Source: Ranitomeya imitator
Taxonomy: Eukaryota
Length of the DNA: 64,000 nt
Direction: 5' to 3'
Assembly: GCF_032444005.1 (NCBI RefSeq)
Contig: NC_091282.1
Location: 55,552,001-55,616,000, forward strand
Below the pieces are notes generated by a model that did not search any database, had not been told where the DNA came from, and saw nothing but the letters and a program-made list of their open reading frames with translations. Each line of letters opens with the position of its first letter. Positions within the stretch are counted from its first letter, which is position 1. Made by a program: the position numbers and the translations under genes. Shown in pieces: positions 1-11,069 of the stretch.

Positions 1-990
1 CACCCCCCACATTCGATCACTGGCTCGCTCTTCTTACCTGCATCTCAAAAACATTTCTAGAATTCGCCCTTTTCTTACTTTCGACTCTGCAAAAACTCTT
101 ACTGTTTCACTTATTCATTCTCGTCTGGACTATTGTAACGCTCTACTAATCGGCCTCCCTCTTACCAAACTTTCCCCACTCCAATCTGTCCTGAATGCTG
201 CAGCCAGGATCATATTCCTCACCAACCGTTACACCGATGCCTCTACCTTGTGCCAGTCATTACACTGGCTACCCATCCACTCCAGAATCGAGTACAAAAC
301 TACTACCCTCATCCACAAAGCACTCCATGGCTCTGCACCACCCTACATCTCCTCTCTGGCCACAGTCTACCACCCTACCCGTGCCCTCCGCTCCGCTAAT
401 GACCTCAGGTTAGCATCCTCAATAATCAGAACCTCCCACTCCCGTCTCCAAGACTTTACACGTGCTGCGCCGATTCTTTGGAATGCACTACCTAGGTTAA
501 TACGATTAATCCCCAATCCCCACAGTTTTAAGCGTACCCTAAAAACTCACTTGTTCAGACTGGCCTACCGCCTCAGTGCATTAACCTAACGATCCCTGTG
601 TGGCCTATTTATATATAAAAAAATAAAAAAAAAACCAGGTTCCTCGCATCATGTTCTCATTCACTTTATGCAGTTAATAGCCCTCTGTGTCTGTACTGCT
701 ACATACTTAGGCAGTTAACTGACTCATGCAGCTTTACATGAACACCCGAGCCTTACACTATGGCCGGTCCGAATAACTAAAGCAATTGTTACCATCCACC
801 TCTCGTGTCTCCCCTTTTCCTCATAGTCTGTAAGCTTGCGAGCAGGGCCCTCATTCCTCCTGGTATCTGTTTTGAACTGTATTTCTGTTATGCTGTAATG
901 TCTATTGTCTGTACAAGTCCCCTCTATAATTTGTAAAGCGCTGCGGAATATGTTGGCGCTATATAAATAAAAATTATTATTATTATTATA
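1..990 (+). mobile_element. L2-clade LINE, 3' fragment (ORF2 C-terminus, 3' UTR, stem-loop and (TAT)n tail); 5' part lies outside the window
   Basis: Frame 2-589 is open and reads HSRLDYCNALLIGLP...LQSVLNAAARI...LHWLPIHSRIEYK...APILWNALP...FKRTLKTHLF, typical of L2/CR1-group RT C-termini. It ends in AAGCGCTGCGGAATATGTTGGCGCT-ATATAAATAAAA-(TTA)n at about 935-990. Confidence 0.9.
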
Positions 991-1611
991 ATAGAGAGAC
1001 AGACATTTTGATCAAACAATTTCTGAATAAAGGGTATGACCATAAATTCCTGACTGAGACAAGAGACAACGTAAGGGAGACACCTAGGGAAAAACTCCTA
1101 TGTGATAGGAATAATAATAATAAGGAAATCCCCCTTAACCAGTAAGGTCAAGTCCTGATACCAATTAATACCCAGCATAGCTCAAATATTCAATTATTGA
1201 AAAAAAATAGTAAATAAGCATTGGGACCTCTTAAAGGAGGACAAAATAATTGGAGGTAAATGACCGAAGCGACCAAGTTTTGTCTTCAGGAAAGCTCGAA
1301 ATCTAGGTTTGACCATTGTGCCCACAGTAAGGAACCCCAAACAGCGAAGTAACTTAAAAGGACCTTATAAACAAACACTAAAAGGTTTCTTTCCATGTCA
1401 AAAATGTAAAATGTAAATCACTATGCCTAACTAAACAAAAATCTGTACTATCCCATAGTGGCACACAGATTGACATTACAAATTTCATAACGTGCACAAC
1501 ACAGGGGGTTATCTATGTTATCGAGTGCCCATGTAGAAAACAATAAATCAATATGTAGGACGCACCAAACGCCCCCTATGCAAAAGGATAAACGAGAACT
1601 TATGCAACATA
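991..1611 (+). pseudogene. Penelope-like element (PLE): RT C-terminus and N-half of GIY-YIG endonuclease, degraded
   Basis: Reads ETDILIKQFLNKGY... and, after frameshifts, ITNFITCTTQGVIYVIECPC...QYVGRTKRPLCKRINENLCNI, the GIY-YIG signature. It is interrupted at TA 1610-1611. Confidence 0.8.
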
Positions 1612-1895
1612 CAGTTAGGGCCAGAAATATTTGGACAGTGACACAATTTTCGCGAGTTGGGCTCTGCATGCCACCACATTGGATTTGAAATGAAACCTCT
1701 ACAACAGAATTCAAGTGCAGATTGTAACGTTTAATTTGAAGGGTTGAACAAAAATATCTGATAGAAAATGTAGGAATTGTACACATTTCTTTACAAACAC
1801 TCCACATTTTAGGAGGTCAAAATTAATTGGACAAATAAACATAACCCAAACAAAATATTTTCATTTTCAATATTTTGTTGCAAATCCTTTGTAGG

Positions 1896-3120
1896 CATAG
1901 TAACATAGTAACATAGTTAGTAAGGCCGAAAAAAGACATTTGTCCATCCAGTTCAGCCTATATTCCATCATAATAAATCCCCAGATCTACGTCCTTCTAC
2001 AGAACCTAATAATTGTATGATACAATATTGTTCTGCTCCAGGAAGACATCCAGGCCTCTCTTGAACCCCTCGACTGAGTTCGCCATCACCACCTCCTCAG
2101 GCAAGCAATTCCAGATTCTCACTGCCCTAACAGTAAAGAATCCTCTTCTATGTTGGTGGAAAAACCTTCTCTCCTCCAGACGCAAAGAATGCCCCCTTGT
2201 GCCCGTCACCTTCCTTGGTATAAACAGATCCTCAGCGAGATATTTGTATTGTCCCCTTATATACTTATACATGGTTATTAGATCGCCCCTCAGTCGTCTT
2301 TTTTCTAGACTAAATAATCCTAATTTCGCTAATCTATCTGGGTATTGTAGTTCTCCCATCCCCTTTATTAATTTTGTTGCCCTCCTTTGTACTCTCTCTA
2401 GTTCCATTATATCCTTCCTGAGCACCGGTGCCCAAAACTGGACACAGTACTCCATGTGCGGTCTAACTAGGGATTTGTACAGAGGCAGTATAATGCTCTC
2501 ATCATGTGTATCCAGACCTCTTTTAATGCACCCCATGATCCTGTTTGCCTTGGCAGCTGCTGCCTGGCACTGGCTGCTCCAGGTAAGTTTATCATTAACT
2601 AGGATCCCCAAGTCCTTCTCCCTGTCAGATTTACCCAGTGGTTTCCCATTCAGTGTGTAATGGTGATATTGATTCCTTCTTCCCATGTGTATAACCTTAC
2701 ATTTATCATTGTTAAACCTCATCTGCCACCTTTCAGCCCAAGTTTCCAACTTATCCAGATCCATCTGTAGCAGAATACTATCTTCTCTTGTGTTAACTGC
2801 TTTACATAGTTTTGTATCATCTGCAAATATCGATATTTTACTGTGTAAACCTTCTACCAGATCATTAATGAATATGTTGAAGAGAACAGGTCCCAATACT
2901 GACCCTTGCGGTACCCCACTGGTCACAGCGACCCAGTTAGAGACTATACCATTTATAACCACCCTCTGCTTTCTATCACTAAGCCAGTTACTAACCCATT
3001 TACACACATTTTCCCCCAGACCAAGCATTCTCATTTTGTGTACCAACCTCTTGTGCGGCACGGTATCAAACGCTTTGGAAAAATCGAGATATACCACGTC
3101 CAATGACTCACCGTGGTCCA
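1896..3120 (-). mobile_element. CR1 LINE, 5'-truncated, with intact ORF2 RT fragment (2006-3121)
   Basis: YLDFSKAFDTVPH, GVPQGSVLGPVLFNIFINDL, FADDTKL. The 8-bp tail repeat appears as (CATAGTAA)n on + at about 1896-1920. The flanks rejoin as Tc1 sequence with GGCA duplicated. Confidence 0.95.
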
Positions 3121-4143
3121 CCGTGGCACCGTGGCAATCACTGCCTTAAGTCTGGAACCCATGGACATCACCAAACGCTGGGTTTCCTCCTTCCTAATGC
3201 TTTGCCAGGCCTTTACAGCCGCAGCCTTCAGGTCTTGCTTGTTTGTGGGTCTTTCCGTCTTAAGTCTGGATTTGAGCAAGTGAAATGCATGCTCAATTGG
3301 GTTTAGATCTGGAGATTGACTTGGCCATTGCAGAATGTTCCACTTTTTGGCACTCATGAACTCCTGGGTAGCTTTGGCTGTATTCTTGGGGTCATTGTCC
3401 ATCTGTACTATGAAGCGCCGTCCAATCAACTTTGCAGCATTTGGCTGAATCTGGGCTGAAAGTATATCCCGGTACACTTCAGAATTCATCCGGCTACTCT
3501 TGTCTGCTCTTATGTCATCAATAAACACAAGTGACCCAGTGCCATTGAAAGCCATGCATGCCCATGCCATCACGTTGCCTCCACCATGTTTTACAGAGGA
3601 TGTGGTGTGCCTTGGATCATGTGCCGTTCCCTTTCTTCTCCAAACTTTTTTCTTCCCATCATTCTGGTACAGGTTGATCTTTGTCTCATCTGTCCATAGA
3701 ATACTTTTCCAGAACTGAGCTGGCTTCTTGAGGTGTTTTTCTGCAAATTTAACTCTGGCCTGTCTATTTTTGGTATTGATGAATGGTTTGCATCTAGACG
3801 TGAACCCTTTGTATTTACTGTCATGGAGTCTTCTCTTTACTGTTGACTTAGAGACAGATACACCTACTTCACTGAGAGTGTTCTGGACTTCAGTTGATGT
3901 TGTGAACGGGTTCTTCTTCCCCCAATTTAGTATGCGGCAATCATCCACCACTGTTGTCATCCGTGGACGCCCAGGCCTTTTTGAGTTCCCAAGCTCACCA
4001 GTCAATTCCTTTTTTCTCAGAATGTACCCAACTGTTGATTTTGCTACTCCAAGCATGTCTGCTATCTCTCTGATGGATTTTTTCTTTTTTTTCAGCCTCA
4101 GGATGTTCTGCTTCACCTCAATTGAGAGTTCCTTTGACCGCAT
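3031..4143 (-). CDS. Tc1 transposase; the native last ~9 codons are displaced to about 1868-1897 by the CR1 insertion
   Basis: Paired-like HTH N-terminus, WTDETKI, QMDNDPK, SPDLNPIE with 34 residues between D and E. The native end AYKGFATKY* is readable on the - strand left of the CR1 tail. Confidence 0.9.
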   Translation of the reverse strand: MRSKELSIEVKQNILRLKKKKKSIREIADMLGVAKSTVGYILRKKELTGELGNSKRPGRPRMTTVVDDCRILNWGKKNPFTTSTEVQNTLSEVGVSVSKSTVKRRLHDSKYKGFTSRCKPFINTKNRQARVKFAEKHLKKPAQFWKSILWTDETKINLYQNDGKKKVWRRKGTAHDPRHTTSSVKHGGGNVMAWACMAFNGTGSLVFIDDIRADKSSRMNSEVYRDILSAQIQPNAAKLIGRRFIVQMDNDPKNTAKATQEFMSAKKWNILQWPSQSPDLNPIEHAFHLLKSRLKTERPTNKQDLKAAAVKAWQSIRKEETQRLVMSMGSRLKAVIATVPRWTTVSHWTWYISIFPKRLIPCRTRGWYTK

Positions 4144-4502
4144 GTTGTCTGCTCACAGCAACAGCTTCCAAATGCAAAACCACACACCTGGAATCCACCC
4201 CTGACCTTTTAAATACTTCATTGATTACATGTTAACGAGGGAGACGCCTTCAGAGTTAATTGCAGCCCTTAGAGTCCATTGTCCAATTACTTTTGGTCCC
4301 TTGAAAAAGAGGACGCTATGCATTACAGAGCTATGATTCCTAAACCCTTTCTCCGATTTGGATGTGGAAACTATCATATTGCAGCTGGGAGTGTGCACTT
4401 TCAGCCCATATTATATATATAATTGTATTTCTGAACATGTTTTTGTAAACAGCTAAAATAACAAAAATTGTGTCACTGTCCAAATATTTCTGGCCCTAAC
4501 TG

Positions 4503-4890
4503 TATGTAACAAATATGATGAACATCCTCTATCCAGACATTTTTCAGTTCATCATAAGGGATCAGTACAAGGAGTAAAAGTAACGGGCATTAAAGTGGTT
4601 CAAAAGGACTGGAGAAATGGGGATTTTATAAAACAAATGTCCCGTAAAGAAACCCTGTACATTTTTGAGATGGACACCTTAAAGCCGAAAGGTCTGAACA
4701 ATGAGGTGGAACTTTTTGCATTTAACTAAACGAAACTACGCAGGATGAGCCGCAAGTATTTAAAGCCACTTAGCACAGGGGGAGCCAACCCTGATGAAGG
4801 AATCCACCGAAACGCGTTGGTTTTTGGCTCCCACTGCAACCCGTACTCTCTTCAGGGGCACCACGTGACTGCTGATCACGTGACCCGAAC
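4503..4890 (+). pseudogene. PLE continuation: C-half of GIY-YIG and 3' pseudo-LTR region
   Basis: Removing the Tc1 and one TA restores the frame LCNI|CNKYDEHPLSRHFSVHH...KETLYIFEMDTLKPKGLNNEVELFAFN*. Confidence 0.85.
4781..4831 (+). ncRNA. Minimal type I hammerhead ribozyme motif (PLE-associated)
   Basis: GGAGCCAACC-CUGAUGA-A-GG(AAUCCA)CC-GAAA-CGCG-U-U-GGUUUUUGGCUCC. It has the canonical core, a 2-bp stem II, a palindromic stem III (ACGCGU) and an extended bulged stem I. Confidence 0.75.
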
Positions 4891-5671
4891 TGTTATATTT
4901 GCTAATGACAGGTGTTATGAAGGCAATCCAGAAACACAGTGTGCTTAGCGATCAGAGCGCACACAGTGATCTGACAAATACCCAAAAATACAAGAACGAG
5001 CTCTGAGACGTGGAAACTCTGTAGACTGCACACCTGATCCTATCCTAAACACAACTAAAAGCGGCTGTGGATTGCGCCTAACAACTACCTAGGCAACTCG
5101 GCACAGCCTAAGAAACTAGCTAGCCTGAAGATAGAAAAATAGGCCTGACTTGCCCCAGAGAAATTCCCCAAAGGAAAAGGCAGCCCCCCACATATAATGA
5201 CTGTGAGTAAGATGAAAAGACAAAACGTAGGGATGAAATAGATTCAGCAAAGTGGGGCCCGATATTCTAGGACAGAGCGAGGACAGTAAAGCGAACTTTG
5301 CAGTCTACAAAAAACCCTAAAGCAAAACCACGCAAAGGGGGCAAAAAAAAACCCACCGTGCCGAACTAACGGCACGGCGGTACACCCTTTGCGTCTCAGA
5401 GCTTCCAGCAAAACAAAAGACAAGCTGGACAGAAATAAAGCAACAAAAAAGCAAAAAGCACTTAGCTATACAGAGCAGCAGGTCACAGGAACAATCAGGA
5501 GAAGCTCAGATCCAACACTGAAACATTGACAAGGAGCAAGGATAGCAGCATCAGGCGGAGTTAAGTAATGAAGCAGTTAACGAGCTCACCAGAACACCTG
5601 AGGGAGGAAGCTCAGAAGCTGCAGTACCACTTGTGACCACAGGAGTGAATTCAGCCACAGAATTCACAACA
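4891..5671 (-). repeat. 3' LTR (781 bp)
   Basis: Matches 9862-10642 with 3 substitutions seen by eye (4897/9868, 5351/10322, 5436/10407). Confidence 0.95.
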
Positions 5672-8600
5672 GTACCCCCCCTTGAGGAGGGGTCACCGAA
5701 CCCTCACCAGAGCCCCCAGGCCGACCAGGATGAGCCGCATGAAAGGCACGAACAAGATCGGAAGCATGAACATCAGAGGCAAAAACCCAGGAATTATCTT
5801 CCTGAGCATAACCCTTCCATTTAACCAGATACTGGAGTTTCTGTCTAGAAACACGAGAATCCAAAATCTTCTCCACAATATACTCCAATTCCCCCTCCAC
5901 CAAAACCGGGGCAGGAGGCTCAACAGATGGAACCATAGGTGCCACGTATCTCCGCAACAACGACCTATGGAATACATTATGTATGGAAAAGGAGTCTGGG
6001 AGGGTCAAACGAAAAGACACAGGATTGAGAACCTCAGAAATCCTATACGGACCAATAAAACGAGGTTTAAATTTAGGAGAGGAAACCTTCATAGGAATAT
6101 GACGAGAAGATAACCAAACCAGATCCCCAAGACGAAGTCGGGGACCCACACGGCGTCTGCGATTAGCGAAAAGTTGAGCTTTCTCCTGGGACAAGATCAA
6201 ATTGTCCACTACCTGAGTCCAGATCTGCTGCAACCTATCCACCACAGAATCCACACCAGGACAGTCCGAAGACTCAACCTGTCCTGAAGAGAAACGAGGA
6301 TGGAACCCAGAATTGCAAAAAAATGGAGAAACCAAGGTAGCCGAGCTGGCCCGATTATTAAGGGCGAACTCAGCCAATGGCAAAAAGGACACCCAATCAT
6401 CCTGGTCTGCAGAAACAAAACATCTCAGATATGTTTCCAAGGTCTGATTGGTTCGTTCGGTCTGGCCATTAGTCTGAGGATGGAAAGCCGAGGAAAAGGA
6501 TAGGTCAATGCCCATCCTACCACAAAAGGCTCGCCAAAACCTTGAAACAAACTGGGAACCTCTGTCAGAAACAATATTCTCAGGAATGCCATGCAACCGA
6601 ACCACATGCTGAAAGAACAAAGGTACCAAATCAGAGGAGGAAGGCAATTTAGCCAAGGGCACCAGATGGACCATTTTAGAAAAGCGATCACAGACCACCC
6701 AAATGACTGACATCTTTTGAGAAACGGGAAGGTCAGAAATGAAATCTATCGAAATATGTGTCCAAGGCCTCTTTGGGACCGGCAAGGGCAAAAGCAACCC
6801 ACTGGCACGAGAACAGCAGGGCTTAGCCCTAGCACAAATCCCACAGGACTGCACAAAAGTACGTACATCCCGTGACAGAGATGGCCACCAGAAGGATCTA
6901 GCCACTAACTCTCTGGTACCAAAGATTCCAGGATGACCAGCCAACACCGAACAATGAAGTTCAGAGATAAGTTTATTAGTCCACCTATCAGGGACGAACA
7001 GTTTCTCTGCTGGACAACGATCAGGTTTATTCGCCTGAAATTTTTGCAGCACCCGCCGCAAATCAGGGGAGATGGCAGATACAATGACTCCTTCCTTGAG
7101 GATACCCGCTGGCTCAGATAAACCCGGAGAGTCGGGCACAAAACTCCTAGACAGAGCATCCGCCTTCACATTTTTAGAGCCCGGAAGGTACGAAATCACA
7201 AAGTCGAAGCGGGCAAAAAATAACGACCAACGGGCCTGTCTAGGATTCAAGCGCTTGGCAGACTCGAGATAAGTCAAGTTCTTATGATCAGTCAATACCA
7301 CCACGCGATGCTTAGCTCCTTCAAGCCAATGACGCCACTCCTCGAATGCCCACTTCATGGCCAGCAACTCTCGATTGCCCACATCATAATTACGCTCAGC
7401 GGGCGAAAACTTCCTGGAAAAGAAAGCACATGGTTTCATCACTGAGCAATCAGAACCTCTCTGTGACAAAACCGCCCCTGCTCCAATCTCAGAAGCATCA
7501 ACCTCGACCTGGAACGGAAGAGAAACATCTGGCTGACACAACACAGGGGCAGAACAAAAACGACGCTTCAACTCCTGAAAAGCTTCCACAGCAGCAGAAG
7601 ACCAATTAACCAAATCAGCACCCTTCTTGGTCAAATCGGTCAATGGTTTGGCAATGCTAGAAAAATTACAGATGAAGCGACGATAAAAATTAGCAAAGCC
7701 CAGGAACTTTTGCAGACTTTTCAGAGATGTCGGCTGAATCCAATCCTGGATGGCTTGGACCTTAACTGGATCCATCTCGATAGTAGAAGGGGTAAAGATG
7801 AACCCCAAAAATGAAACTTTCTGCACACCGAAGAGACACTTTGATCCCTTCACAAACAAAGAGTTAGCACGCAGGACCTGAAAAACCATTCTGACCTGCT
7901 TCACATGAGACTCCCAATCATCTGAGAAGATCAAAATGTCATCCAAGTAAACAATCAGGAATTTATCCAGATACTCACGGAAGATGTCATGCATAAAAGA
8001 CTGAAACACAGATGGAGCATTGGCAAGTCCGAACAGCATCACTAGATACTCAAAATGACCCTCGGGCGTATTGAATGCAGTTTTCCATTCATCTCCTTGC
8101 CTGATTCTCACCAGATTATACGCACCACGAAGATCTATCTTAGTGAACCAACTAGCCCCCTTAATCCGAGCAAACAAGTCAGATAACAATGGCAAGGGAT
8201 ACTGAAATTTAACAGTGATCTTATTAAGAAGGCGGTAATCAATACACGGTCTCAGCGAACCATCCTTCTTGGCTACAAAGAAGAACCCTGCTCCCAGTGG
8301 TGATGACGATGGGCGAATATGTCCCTTCTCCAGGGACTCCTTCACATAACTGCGCATAGCGGCGTGTTCGGGCACGGATAAATTAAATAATCAACCTTTA
8401 GGGAATTTACTACCAGGAATCAAATTGATAGCACAATCACAATCCCTATGCGGAGGTAGAGCATCGGACTTGGGCTCTTCAAATACATCCTGATAATCAG
8501 ACAAGAACTCTGGGACCTCAGAAGGGGTGGATGACGAAATCGACAAAAATGGAACATCACCATGTACCCCCTGACAACCCCAGCTGGATACCGACATGGA

Positions 8601-9749
8601 ATTCCAATCCAATACTGGATTATGGGTTTGTAGCCATGGCAACCCCAACACGACCACATCATGCAGATTATGCAACACCAGAAAGCGAATAACTTCCTGA
8701 TGTGCAGGAGCCATGCACATGGTCAGCTGGGCCCAGTATTGAGGTTTATTCTTGGCCAAAGGTGTAGCATCAATTCCTCTCAATGGAATAGGACACCGCA
8801 AAGGCTCCAAGAAAACCCCACAACGTTTAGCATAATCCAAATCCATCAGATTCAGGGCAGCGCCCGAATCCACAAACGCCATGACAGAAAACGACGACAA
8901 AGAACATATCAAGGTAATGGACAGAAGGAATTTGGACTGTACAGTACCAATGACGGCAGACCTAGCGGACCGCTTAGTGCGCTTAGGACAATCAGAAATA
9001 GCATGAGTGGAATCACCACAGTAGAAACACAGACCATTCAGACGTCTGTATTCCTGCCGTTCAACTCTAGTCATAGTCCTATCGCACTGCATAGGCTCAG
9101 GTTTAACCTCAGGCAGTACCGCCAAATGGTGCACAGATTTACGCTCGCGCAAGCGTCGACCGATCTGAATGGCCAAAGACAAAGACTCATTCAAACCAGC
9201 AGGCATAGGAGATCCCACCATGACATCCTTAAGAGCCTCAGAGAGACCCTTTCTGAACAAAGCTGCCAGCGCAGATTCATTCCACTGAGTGAGTACTGAC
9301 CATTTCCTAAATTTCTGACAATATACTTCTATATCATCCTGACCCTGGCACAAAGCCAGCAAATTTTTCTCAGCCTGATCCACTGAATTAGGCTCATCGT
9401 ACAGCAATCCGAGCGCCAGGAAAAACGCATCGACACTACTCAATGCAGGGTCTCCTGGCGCAAGAGAAAATGCCCAGTCTTGAGGGTCGCCTCAAGAAAT
9501 AATAATCAAAACCTGTTGAATAGGATTACCAGAAGAATGAGGTTTCAAGGCCAGAAATAGCTTACAATTATTTTTGAAACTTAGAAACTTAGTTCTATCT
9601 CCAAAAAACAAATCAGGAATAGGAATTCTTGGTTCTAACATAGATTTCTGATCAATAGTATCTTGAATTTTTTGTACATTTATAACGAGATTATCCATTG
9701 AAGAGCACAGACCCTGAATATCCATGTCCACACCTGTGTCCAGAATCAC
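5664..9749 (-). pseudogene. Single-frame gag-pro-pol polyprotein with two premature TGA stops (9492-9494, 8391-8393)
   Basis: ORFs 9492-9749, 8391-9443 and 5664-8375 share one frame. Motifs: retrotransposon gag, CFYCGDSTHAISDC knuckle, FVDSGA protease, YLDD RT, RNase H (DAS...TDHKNL...ADALSR), HHCC and D-D-E integrase, and a C-terminal chromodomain (EYIVEKILD...YLVKWKGY). Confidence 0.93.
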
Positions 9750-9861
9750 CCAAATGTCTAGGGGAAAAAAAAAAAGTGAACACAGAGCAGAAAAAAAAAA
9801 AAAATGATGTCAGAACTTTTTCTTTCCCTCTATTGAGAATCATTAGTGTGGCTCCTTGTAC

Positions 9862-10642
9862 TGTTATGTTTGCTAATGACAGGTGTTATGAAGGCAATCC
9901 AGAAACACAGTGTGCTTAGCGATCAGAGCGCACACAGTGATCTGACAAATACCCAAAAATACAAGAACGAGCTCTGAGACGTGGAAACTCTGTAGACTGC
10001 ACACCTGATCCTATCCTAAACACAACTAAAAGCGGCTGTGGATTGCGCCTAACAACTACCTAGGCAACTCGGCACAGCCTAAGAAACTAGCTAGCCTGAA
10101 GATAGAAAAATAGGCCTGACTTGCCCCAGAGAAATTCCCCAAAGGAAAAGGCAGCCCCCCACATATAATGACTGTGAGTAAGATGAAAAGACAAAACGTA
10201 GGGATGAAATAGATTCAGCAAAGTGGGGCCCGATATTCTAGGACAGAGCGAGGACAGTAAAGCGAACTTTGCAGTCTACAAAAAACCCTAAAGCAAAACC
10301 ACGCAAAGGGGGCAAAAAAAACCCCACCGTGCCGAACTAACGGCACGGCGGTACACCCTTTGCGTCTCAGAGCTTCCAGCAAAACAAAAGACAAGCTGGA
10401 CAGAAAAAAAGCAACAAAAAAGCAAAAAGCACTTAGCTATACAGAGCAGCAGGTCACAGGAACAATCAGGAGAAGCTCAGATCCAACACTGAAACATTGA
10501 CAAGGAGCAAGGATAGCAGCATCAGGCGGAGTTAAGTAATGAAGCAGTTAACGAGCTCACCAGAACACCTGAGGGAGGAAGCTCAGAAGCTGCAGTACCA
10601 CTTGTGACCACAGGAGTGAATTCAGCCACAGAATTCACAACA
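9862..10642 (-). repeat. 5' LTR (781 bp)
   Basis: Direct repeat of 4891-5671. Confidence 0.95.
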
Positions 10643-11069
10643 CCGAACACCGCGTAGGTCATTCCAAAAACTGCACAAGGATCTCTGAATATAGATTGCG
10701 CGAGCGTCCGTCACCTGCCGCGATGGCGCTCGCTGAAGCTACATAGAAGCAGCTGTTCCTAAATATTTGCAATAGCGCCACTACCATCCAATCTTTCTTG
10801 TTGAATTTCAAAGTTGCTTGTTTTTACATGCACTTTGAAATTTGTACCCATTTACCAAGAATAAAAAAAACCCTATTCTGTAACCAAATAGAATGGGCTT
10901 AGGTTCTGAGATTATGGCTGTGTCCATGAAGAAAACCAACCAGAGTCTAGTGATCAGTAGCAAAGGTTCTGTAGACCCCGATTGGTCCACTCTTTCAAAA
11001 TTGGTGGGTTTGTCCAATATCCATCTCTGTGTATGGCCACTTTAATATCCCTTCTTTTGATACTTTGTT

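Larger units (their letters stand above)
1612..4502 (-). mobile_element. Tc1/mariner DNA transposon (DD34E), complete, carrying a CR1 insertion
   Basis: 39-bp perfect TIRs (CAGTTAGGGCCAGAAATATTTGGACAGTGACACAATTTT at 1612; reverse complement ending at 4502). TA on both sides (1610-1611, 4503-4504). Confidence 0.95.
4891..10642 (-). mobile_element. Full-length Ty3/Gypsy chromovirus (Tf1/sushi-like) LTR retrotransposon
   Basis: Two 781-bp TG...CA LTRs, CCGAAC on both flanks, and a polypurine tract (AAGGGGGGG on -) beside the left LTR. Domain order is gag-PR-RT-RH-IN-chromodomain. Confidence 0.97.

Noticed and set aside
8391-8393. TGA between gag-pro and pol as a programmed read-through site
   Set aside because: It falls after the protease, in a position that fits an Arg codon (PKGRLF), so CpG decay CGA>TGA is simpler.
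2013-9299. Plus-strand ORFs overlapping the CR1, Tc1 and Gypsy coding regions
   Set aside because: Antisense shadows of real TE reading frames, with no recognisable motifs.
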